From positions 7,254,302-7,318,301 of the forward strand of contig MU058065.1 in NCBI GenBank assembly GCA_013265495.1: a stretch of DNA of 64,000 nt, in the 5' to 3' direction. The notes beneath the pieces were generated by a model that ran no database searches, was not told the origin of the DNA, and saw nothing but the letters and a program-made list of their open reading frames with translations. Source of the stretch: Vicugna vicugna (lineage: Eukaryota). Shown here piece after piece: positions 1 through 9,579 of the stretch (position 1 is its first letter; the number at the start of each line of letters is the position of its first letter). A program made the translations under genes and the position numbers.

Positions 1-789
1 GGAAGGACTCCTGTGTCCCTGCTAGGCACAGATGGATGAAGCTTCTTGCATTTGTACGAAGTGACTGGGCTTGGACTGTGGGCATCTTAGTAGAGACTGC
101 ATCCTTACCCTGTTTCCTCAGCACTGTGTAGGCAGCCTCTCCAAACATGATGGAGACTGAATAAAATAAGGAACGTGGCAATAGTTTTCACTCAACTTAT
201 GAAATAAAATTGATCCCTGCTACAAGAGTTACCACAGCCCGTCTTCATAGCCCCACCTTTTGGTCTGATCAAACCCAGCTACTTCCCCTTCTCCCTGGGG
301 GAAGCAGGGACCTCCTGCTGAAAGACTGATGACCTTGGGGAACTGAGACATTTTGCTCCACCTGGGAAGTTTATAAATTCTGATATGCTATTTGACATAG
401 TGCCAAGAAGACAATGGGGAAAGAAAAGTGAGCTTCTCCAGACTTCATCCCAAGGACAAAGGAGGCCTTCACTTCTGTCTCCCTACAATGAGAGACATTG
501 GTGACCAGTTTCCCTGAGGCTTGTCTTCAGGGCTTGTCTCTGTGTTGGGAGTTCATTTCTACCTCTCCCTACAGAGATGGACAACTCATAGGACCAGAGG
601 ATTTAAGTTCAATTTACTCAAAACCATTATTTGTTGAATATTTATTATGTGCCAGGTAGGCACAAGGTGAACAATGGAATGTTCATTGGATGGTCACTAC
701 TAGAATTAGAAATCAGAGAACATCTAAGGAAAGTCTCAACTTTTCCTTGGCAAAGAAGTGATTACCTTCGTGAAGGCACCATATGGACC

Positions 790-2512
790 CAGTCACGCCT
801 TCAGTTTCCACTTCTGATTCTCGTTTTCTTACTACTTGCACCACATCTGCAGTTACTTTCTCCACTGAAGTACTGAACTCCTCAAGGTCATCCACGAGGG
901 CTGGACTCAAGTTCTTCCAAACTCCTGTTAATATTGATATTTTGACCCCTTCCTGTGGATCATGAATGTTCTTAATGTCATTTAGAACGGTAAATCCTTT
1001 CCAGACGGTTTCAATCTACTTTGCCCAGATTCATCAGAGGAATAAGTATCTATGGCAGCAATCACTTCTGAAATGTATTTCTTAAAGAATAAGACTTGAA
1101 AGTTGAGATTACTCTTTGATTCATGGGCTGTAGAAGTGATATTGTGTCAGCAGGCATGAGGACCAACATTAATCTCATTGTATATCTCCATCCAAGCACT
1201 TGAGTGATCAGGTGACTTGTCAATGAACGGTAACATTTTGAAAGGAGTCTTTTTTTCTGAGCAGTCTGTCTCAAGAGGGCTTAAAATATCAAGTAAATCA
1301 TGTTATAAACAGATGTGCTGTCATCCAGATTTTGTTGTTCCATTTACAGAGCACAGTAGAGTAGATTTAGCATAATTCTTAAGGGACCTAGAATTTTCGG
1401 AATAATAAATGAGCACTGACTTCAACTTAAAGTCAGCAGCTGCATTAGCCCCTAACAAGAGAGTCAGTCTGTCCTTTGAAGCGTTGAAGCCAGGCACTGA
1501 CTTTTCCTCTCTAGCTATGAAAGTCCTAGGTGGCATCTTCTTCCAATAATATAAGGTTGCTTCATCTACATTGAAATCTTTAGTGTAGCACCTTCATTAA
1601 TTATATTAGCTAGATCTTCTAGGTAACTTGCTTCATCTTCTACATCAACACTTGCTGCTTCACTTTGCACCTTTATGTTATGGAGGTGCTTTCTTTCCTT
1701 AATCCTCATGAACCAACGTCTGCTAGCTTCAAACTTTTCTGTAGCTTCCTCACCTCTCTCAGCCGTTTATAGTATTGAAGAGAGTTAGAATCTTGCTCCA
1801 GGTTAGGCTTAAGGGAATACTGTGGCTGGCTTGATCTTCTATCCAAACCACTAAGATTTTCTCCATATCAGCAATAAGGCTCTTTCACTTTCTTATTATT
1901 CACATGTTCACTGGAGTAGCATTTTTAATTTCTTTCAGGGACTTTCCCTTTGCATTCACAACGTGGCTAATACTGTAGTGCAAGAGGCTTAGCTTTTGGT
2001 CCATGTTGGCTTTTGTCATGCCTTCCTCACTAAGCTTAATTATTTCTATCTTTTGATTTAAAGTGAGAGATGTGCGATTCTTCACTTGTACACTTAGAGG
2101 CCACGGTAAGGTTATGAATTGGTCGAATTTCAATTTTGTTCTGTCTCAGGGAATCGGGAGGGAGAGAGATGGGAAAACATTGGGTGGTGGAACAGCTAGG
2201 ACACCTAGAGCATTTATCGGTTAAGTTTGCTGTCTTATAAGGGTGCACGCATGTAATTACAATGGCAAACAGCCACAATAGTTACATCAAAGATAACTGA
2301 TCACCATAATAAATATAGTGATATTGAAAAAATTGAAATATTGTGCAAATTAACAAAATGTGACACTGAGTCATAAAATGAGTGAATGCTGTTGGAAAAA
2401 TGGCACTACAAGACTTGCTCAATGCAGGATTGCCACAAATCTTTGATTTGTAAAAAGTGCAATTATCTGCCAAGAGCAAGAAAATGAAGTGCAATACAGT
2501 GAAGTATGTCTG
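790..2512 (-). mobile_element. Tigger1 (TcMar-Tigger/pogo) DNA transposon, 5' ~1.7 kb, 3' end missing; transposase fragmented
   Basis: The reverse complement of 2480-2512 resembles the Tigger1 terminus CAGGCATACCTC..., followed by TA at 2513-2514. Minus-strand ORF fragments are collinear transposase pieces: 1900-2133 ([25 protein letters not shown]-type HTH), 1321-1536 ([32 protein letters not shown]) and 1062-1274 (LLQPMNQRVISTFKSY). Confidence 0.93.
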
Positions 2513-2514
2513 TA

Positions 2515-2825
2515 CAGGGGTACAGTATAACTGCTGGGACTCGGAGAGATGGTGGCTCAGATGGAGAAGGCCTCCAAAGGGCAGCTCTGTCCTCGGTAGT
2601 GAAATGCAACCACTGTCAACCCTGGGACAGGAAGGGAGGACTGGGGGACAAATATCTAGACGTTTCTACTTCCTACCCTCCAGTCTCCTACTGTCAACTC
2701 CCAGTAGTTGAACACAAGGAAGCCAGAGAAAATGGGTTTCATGCATTCCTGAGATACCACCGTCTGCACAGAGCAGGATGCAGGTGGAGATGGGACCTGG
2801 GGGAGCAAGAAGGGAAGATCTAGGA
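2515..2825 (-). mobile_element. ERVL solo LTR fragment, LTR33/LTR41-like
   Basis: The motif series ...aaggaagccagagaaaatggg...cagagcaggatgcaggtggagatgggacctgggggagcaa... resembles the reverse complement of the LTR33 5' part and the copies at ~14300 and ~29500. Confidence 0.55.
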
Positions 2826-4009
2826 GAGATCCCCTTTCTTCTCTTTGGCCTAGTTCTGGTAATCATGTCTTTACCCTCATCTCCACAAGGAGATCTTAAG
2901 ACTGAGGAGGATATAGCTGTGTCTCACTCTGCAGTCTTCCCATTTATAGCATAGTACCTAAATTGGAACTAAATATTAGCTGATTAAATGGGAGTAAGGG
3001 GAGCTGAGGGCTTCTGGAGAGAAGTGGGTGACTTCTGGGTGGGGTGGTGGTCTTCGATGTCTGAGTGAAGGAATGTGGTGTGAAGTAGTCTCAGAAGCAC
3101 TAGTCTTGTCTGGGCCCAGTGAGATCACTCAAGGAGTTACGAATTTCCTGTGGGTGGTTCTACGTGGGACCTGGTGCGTCTGCGTCACCACCCAGAGAAC
3201 TGCTTGCTCTTTGTCCCAGGGGTGGTGAGGCTATGTGGCCACTGTGGGGCCCTCCGAAATGAGAGCCAGGACTCTTCCCCCCACATCGTTGTGCCGCTGC
3301 ACATTCCAGCTGTGGCTCTGCTTTTCTTGTGTTTAATTTCAGTCCACTTATTCTGGCTATTATTATAGTGGTGATGATTATTTATGGAGTGCTGACAGAG
3401 GGTTTGGCAACAGGGCAGAGAAAGAGATGTTGGGATACGTGCCTTCCAGTTGTTGCAGCCTCCCCCACCTCCTCCTTTTGTTCTGGAAAATTCTGAAAGA
3501 CATCTCCTTCCCCTGTTTAGTCTTGGAAAGGAGTTCACAGGGCAGTGCCTCCCAGGAGGAAGAGCGTGTGCCACTTAGAGCCAGTTTTGGAGCTATAAAA
3601 ATGGGTGCTGGAGCTCAACTTCAGATCTACTGAGTCAGAATCTGAGTGTGCCTTGAGGCCTTGTAGCTTAACAAGTTCCTCAGGAGGTTCTTAGATCCAA
3701 GGAGAAATCCTGCTCTGGGAAACCCACTGAGTGGAAAGGAAAAATGAGAAAACAGGCAGGGTATAAAAATGGTATCTGTTTTCCTGGACCTGACAGGCAA
3801 GTCACAGCTAGCAAGAAAGGTTTTTGGGAAGAAATGCTGTCTATGTTTGAAAACACTGATAAATAGACAATGATATGAATTAGAAAGAAAGCCATGCTTA
3901 GTATTCCTTGGTTTTAGATTCCAAACCATTTAAAAGAAAGGAGTGTATGTGAGAGAGGTCTTTGTACTAAAATCTTGTAAATAATCTTTGTAAAGCTGAT
4001 AATAGTAAC

Positions 4010-4222
4010 TCTGGCTTATTGACTGCTATTTGCTGGAAATTATTCTAAATGCCTTCTGTGCATAAAACTCATTTAATGCTCCCCACAACCTCTAGATGTC
4101 TGTACTAATAGTATCCCATTTTGCAGATGAGGAAACTGAGGAATAGAGAAATTTATTGCTCAAGAAAAGAAAGCAGGCAAGCAGAGCCAGAATTCAATGC
4201 CAGGCATTCTGCCCTCCTGAAC
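4010..4222 (-). mobile_element. MIR SINE
   Basis: MIR core: ctcatttaatgctccccacaacc...cccattttgcagatgaggaaactgagg...gcagagccagaattcaatgccaggcattctg. Confidence 0.85.
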
Positions 4223-4679
4223 ATACTCTGTGGTGACTTCTACTGTAACAAAACAAGACTGTGTTTGATAAAATGTTTTGTACTGTTACATCCACTAGTT
4301 ACTGAAGAAAAAGTCAGAGTCACCACTGTGTGCTAGGCATTTTTATATCTACTAGGGATATGCAGGAACTCAGTCTGGAGTCAGAAGACATCCAACTTGA
4401 TCATATTTCTTTATGTTTAAATGCAACTTTCAGGATTCTATACAAGATGCTAAATGCGCTTAGGCAAGTGTGGGGGAGGTGTTATCACAGAGGTGACATA
4501 GCAGCTGATTTTTGAAAGCTGTGTAGGAATGCTTTGGGCAGAGAAAAGGGAGAAGCGAATTCCAAGAGGAGGAGGAAATGACACATGCAAACACACAGAC
4601 CAGGGGAAAGAATGGGATATTTTATGTGGATTGTTGCTGTCTGGTGGGTTGTAACAGAGGAACTGTGGTGCTCAGGGAG

Positions 4680-5220
4680 AAGGAAGGAACGTTGGTAAAG
4701 GGGGCTTAGGACCAAACTGTGCCAATCTTGAGAGTCAGCGAAGGCACCTGAGCTTCTTCTGTAGGTTTTTGGGAACCACAGGAAGGATGGCATAGTCAAA
4801 AGATGACTGGTAACAGTGGGAAAGAGTTGAGATTAGAGGAAGAAGAGAAAGGAGTCCAGGAGACCAGCTTTAGGTGGTGGGAAAACTTCTAGGTAAGAGT
4901 AATGAGGACCTGAATTCATTACAGTACAAGTAAAGATAGAGAAGAAATGAAATTGAAAGATACTTGGGAAGAAGAGTCAGTAGTTTCCCGAAGACCAATT
5001 TGATACTAGGGACTGATGGAGAGAGAAAAACACGGGCTGACTCTTGGGTTTCGGGCTTGGAAGACTGAAAAGATGGTAATGCTGACATTAAGGTAGAGAA
5101 TATAGGGGTGGGGGTAGATTTAGGGGAAGAATGAAGGATTTGGATTGTGCCATGTTGCCTTCAAAAGGCCAAGAAATTTGAGTAGGAAATGTAGGAGGGA
5201 GATCAGGGATGGTAATAGAG
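4680..5220 (-). mobile_element. L2 LINE fragment
   Basis: Purine-rich L2-type text (ggagaccagctttagg...gctgactcttgggtttcgggcttgg...ggatttggattgtgccatgttg). Confidence 0.6.
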
Positions 5221-5318
5221 AAACAAGATTTACTTTTTATTATGGAAACTATATTGCTGTCTGATTTTTTTTTTTTGAAGCTGCTGTGGACCCTCACCCT
5301 ACTCCCAACTGTAGAAGT

Positions 5319-5347
5319 TTTCTTTCTCTCTCTCTTTCTTTCTCTCC

Positions 5348-5406
<59 letters not shown>

Positions 5407-5412
5407 TCCTTC
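5319..5412. repeat. (TTTC)n/(TC)n microsatellite
   Basis: Read directly. It explains the spurious KERK and LSFF ORFs. Confidence 0.97.
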
Positions 5413-5864
5413 AAACACACATTTGTACTTTACTAACTGATAGAGAACATACATACCAGGTAGAAACATCACTCAACTCAGATTTTTAGAAATGCAACTT
5501 TATTTCTTTCGAAATTGGACTCAGCCACCATTTTGATGTTGTTTAAACTTTTAACCCTGCTCCTCAGAATAAATTAGTTATTTCTAATTTAATATTTGGT
5601 CTATTCCAGGTTAATTTTTTTGAGGCAGAACTTAAAATAAAGTCTTTTCTTGTCCTTTTTTTTTGCTAGTGGCGTTTGAGCAGAGGTAAACTTACACAGT
5701 ATCACAGTGGTACTGGGGGAGTATCTAGGGATGCCTAGGAAACTTACTTACCTCCTAGTGCGGGAAAACACATTCTGAAATGTTAATCTGTGTGTGTTTT
5801 AATCTGTGTTTTTCCCTTTTCTAATTTCAGGGAGGTGATTTTTGAGAAGTAGAGTTTATATCAT

Positions 5865-6100
5865 GCATCACAGACTATAGAGACAGACTGTCTGGGTTCA
5901 AACCCTAATTCTGCCACTCCCTGGCTGTGTGACCATGGGTAAAGTTATTTGGCCTTTTTGTGCCTCACTTTCTTTGTCTGTAAAATGGGCTAACAATAGA
6001 ACCTACCTCATGACGTTTTCATGAGAATTAAATGAGCTAATATACATAATATGCTTAGGACAATGCTTAGCACATTAAAAAGGCCATATAAGTTTTACAT
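5865..6100 (+). mobile_element. MIR SINE
   Basis: cagactgtctgggttcaaaccctaattctgccact...ctgtgtgaccatgggtaaagtta...ctgtaaaatggg...aattaaatgagctaata. Confidence 0.88.
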
Positions 6101-6778
6101 TTTATTAATTTCTTTCCTTGCAGGATGGCACATAGAAGCCACATTGAAATCGCAGGTTCTCTCTGTCTTTTGTAAACACCTAAAGTCACCAGGAGATTTT
6201 CTTGGTGGGAGAGGGAGGGAAAAAGGAGGAGAACAAAGGTCTTAGATAGTGGTAAGTAGAGAGTAGATTCAGGGGGGATTGCAGGAGTTGGGGTCCTGGT
6301 GGTGCCCTGGAGAGGAGGCTAGTCTTGGATGGTGGGGTGGAGACCTAAGGAGGGTGGACTCAGGGCACAGGGGATGTTGGGCCTGAAGGGATTGTTCAGG
6401 CTTGCAGGTGCTAGGTGAATCCATTGTCCGTGATCAATGTTGGCACAGTTGTGGTGAGAAACCTCTTATTTGCCCCTCCTGGTAGGCGAGGGACTTGGAA
6501 TGTGATACAAATGGATTAAAGGAAATGAAAACCGAGGCCACTTCTTGCCCATGTGAGAGTCAGTGGGCCGTTTAAACTCCATAGCCAGTTTCAGGTAAGG
6601 GCACAGTGTGGAGGAGCCAACAAAGATTGCCTGGATGACTCTTTTGGTTTTTAATGAAATAAATATGCTCTTTCCTCTTCCTTCTTTCACCTCCCTTAGG
6701 AGAACTAGAGCTCTCCAGTCCTCGGTCTCTGAGTTTAACCAGGGTCTCCCCAGAGCAGCATCAGGCAGGAAGATTTAG

Positions 6779-7064
6779 CCCCATTCCCCCCACCCCCCCT
6801 TCCCTGGGACCCCTCCCAGAGCCTGACTGCCCTCCTGTGTTTCACTTCCTGGCCTGGTCTTAAATGCTCCCCTGTGCAGCTGTTCCACAGCTGGTGGCCC
6901 TCCAGTCACCTCCTGCCCGCCATCACTTCCCTGTTGAAGGGGGCCTGGGGAGAGTCGGAAGGTGCTACATCAATGTAAGACATTTCCTCCTCTGTCCCCT
7001 CAGCTGTGCAGCTCAGCTGTGTGTCCTCTGGCACCTACAAAATCAAACACCTGCCTCCCAGATG
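6779..7064. promoter_or_regulatory. Candidate enhancer: six E-boxes, an ETS site and a C-rich tract
   Basis: CAGCTG at 6877, 6888, 7001 and 7014; CACCTG at 7048; CAGATG at 7059; CACTTCCTG at 6843; apparently non-repeat sequence. Confidence 0.35.
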
Positions 7065-7404
7065 TTTGCACCTACAGGCCGGCAAGGCTGACTGCAGCAA
7101 GTCCCTGAGCATGGAGACAGATATTTAGTAGAGGGCAACACTTAATGGAATTCCTGGCCTGAAAAAGACTTGGAGGGGTCATCTTTTCTGTTTCTCTGCC
7201 TTCAGGAAGGATGAAACTGAATTGAGTTCTTTATGCATGAAAGACATTTAGTGGAAGAGTCCACAATTTCCCCTGGGCTCACTGTCAGGGATTTTTCTTT
7301 ATGACCACATTTCTTCCTAATTTTAAGGGAGATAGGCTAATACCAAGCAAAGCTTATACATAATAATGTCTTCCTTTCCACCCAAGTAATTACTAGGACA
7401 AAAG

Positions 7405-7640
7405 GAAGTGTGGTGTGGAATGAGCACTGTCTCTGGAGTTACACAAGCCTGTGTTCAAATCCAGGCTTAGCCAAGTACTGACTGTGACCGGAACTAACTC
7501 CTAAGTTTCAATTTTGTCCTGTTTAAAATTTGGACAGGAGCACCTGTTCAGATGAGTTTTGAGGATTAGATGGATAATGTGTGCTCATACCTTGCATTGT
7601 TACTGTCTCAGAATAAGCCCCAAGCAAGTCATAGCTATTG
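7405..7640 (+). mobile_element. MIR SINE
   Basis: gagcactgtctctggagttacacaagcctgtgttcaaatccaggct...gaggattagatggataatgt. Confidence 0.75.
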
Positions 7641-7789
7641 TAGTTAATATTATGGATAGTCTGTTTCTGAATTTAGGCAAAAAAGGTTATGCCTGGAATT
7701 AATTACCATAAGCCCATTTATGCTGAGTGCCTGCTAGTCTAAGTGCTGCACAAAACAAGACAATCCACTAATATCGTTCCTTTAGTCCA

Positions 7790-7965
7790 AGCTTTAAGCT
7801 GTGCTATGGTCCACCTCGTCAGAATTACCTGCGGGCACTTGTTAAGGCTGCAGAATCCTGGGCCCTAGCACACCTATTGACTCAGAATCTGTTGGCTAGG
7901 CCAGGGAATCAGCATTTTGTCAAGCACCTACATGATTCCTATCACCTTAAACTTTGAGAGTACTT
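7790..7965. mobile_element. MER5-type hAT-Charlie MITE
   Basis: cagaattacctgcgggcacttgttaa...ctgggccc...gactcagaatct...ccagggaatcagcatttt...aaactttgagag. Confidence 0.7.
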
Positions 7966-8180
7966 CTTAGGGTACATTAGTAAGTTCTGATGGCTCATAA
8001 GTCAAATAAGACACATTGCCTGGTGTTCCTTGGTTCACAGAGCAGGAGCTTCGCCTCATGTCTCTTTGTTCTTCCCAAAGAGCTGGCCATCAGTTGGTGC
8101 TACTTTCCTGGAATCACAGGGGCACAGAATGTTAGCGTTTGAAACACCCTCAAAGGTCATGTCACCCACTATCTCATCAT

Positions 8181-8417
8181 GGATGTGGGGGTGATCTGGC
8201 TGCAACACCTGTCACCCCATTGATCGCCAGGGTTGATGCGGCTGATCTGGCTGGCTAGGCGGGTGTCCCCTTCCTCCCTCACCGCTCCATGTGCATCCCT
8301 CCTGAAGCTGTGTGCTCGGTCGAAGCGGACGACCATCCCCGATAGAGGAGGACCGTTCTTCTCGGTCAAGGATATACGAGTAGCTGTGCTCCCCTGCCAG
8401 ACCCTCCAGACAAGCTC
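8181..8417 (+). pseudogene. RN7SK-ps: 7SK snRNA retropseudogene, nt 1 to ~235 of ~331, 3'-truncated
   Basis: Collinear with 7SK from its first base (GGATGTG...GATCTGGCTG...GTCACCCCATTGATCGCCAGGGTTGAT...GGCTAGGCGGGTGTCCCCTTCCTCCCTCACCGCTCCATGTG...CCCCGATAGAGGAGGACCG...CAAGCTC). Many CpG transitions. Flanked by cactatctcatca (8167-8179) and cactgtctcatca (8417-8429). Confidence 0.97.
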
Positions 8418-8964
8418 ACTGTCTCATCAGATACAAGAATCCCTTTTATAGAAACTTAGAGAGCGAGCTGTAGGTTCTCCAGAGGCATGAGGAAAGTGGG
8501 GTAAAAGAGCAGGCCACCCGGAACAGGGAATCAGGAAGGAAGAACTGCCCAAGCGCTGGAGCAGCTGGCAGTATTTATGGGATGCTGGTTGTGTGCAGAT
8601 CCCAGCACTGGTTGTGATGGCAAAGCACCGAGGAAGGAATAGATAGGGACTGCAGTTTCTCCACCATGCTCAGCATCTGGATGGAAAATCAGAAATCGGT
8701 CAATCATCCCAGTTTGCTAAATGACCAGATGTTGGATGTCAGATTTTTGAGAAGTTCAGGACCCCTTTGGAGGACACAGTAGGGGGCAAGGAAAACAAAC
8801 GGAAATAGACAGGAAAGGAGAGAAAAACCTCACAAGATACAGGTTAGTGTTGGTTATTAAAGTAATGAATCCATTTATGGAGCCCTACTGGGTGGAAAAC
8901 CTTAGCTATACAAAGAGTAACCGAACATAAACACTTCCCTCAAATGATAGCATAATATGTGAGA

Positions 8965-9150
8965 AGAATGAAAGTACTGGAATAAGATTCAAATTGGACC
9001 TCACCACTTAGTAGCTCTGAGAACCTGGGAAGTGCCTTAATCTTACTGAGCCTCAGATTTCTCAACTGTAAACGGTGCAAAAAATATCTACCTTTCTGGT
9101 TGTGGTGAGCACTAAACTAAATAATGTATGAACCATGCCTGCAAGTAGAA
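8965..9150 (+). mobile_element. MIR SINE fragment
   Basis: ttcaaattggacctcaccacttagtagctctgagaacctgggaag...gagcctcagatttctcaactgtaaa. Confidence 0.75.
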
Positions 9151-9579
9151 GTCCTCAACAATTGTTACAGTTCCCTTCCAGAAGAGGGAACATAACTCTT
9201 ATCTAACCACTCAGATGCAGTGGCACCATTAGTATCCAGTTAAGGCTAGTTATGCTGTTCCAAGGGTAGGGTGGCCTTGACTCTTGAAGCCTGGAATCCA
9301 GATGCATGATGGCCAAGCTTCATTCAACCAATAAAGACTCACACAGTCCAGAAGTGACTGCATTGTTTGTTAGTTCCTTGACATTCTCCTTGGAGCTTAT
9401 TTAGAGAGTCCTTATCAAATGATCTTGAATCATGCCACATGGAGACAGACACAGAAAAACAATTCATCCTTCTGAAGGACAAATCTAGGTTAAGCAACTA
9501 TTTTGACTACTTTTTCTTACTATTTATTATTATTTTTAATGAAGAAAATATTTCCATTTAGAAACATTACAGAAAAATG

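Noticed and set aside
790..2133. Possible domesticated TIGD1-like gene
   Set aside because: The transposase is broken by stops and frameshifts and is 3'-truncated, and the conserved QPMDQ reads QPMNQ.
5088..5489. KERK and LSFF repeat ORFs
   Set aside because: Translation of the (TTTC)n microsatellite.
5800..6125. Strong-looking splice acceptors (ctaatttcag, ctttccttgcag)
   Set aside because: No matching coding exon or donor structure; such sites are common in pyrimidine-rich DNA.
8181..8417. Functional 7SK gene
   Set aside because: It lacks the last ~95 nt and the T-run terminator, has no evident upstream TATA/PSE, and shows a TSD and CpG decay.
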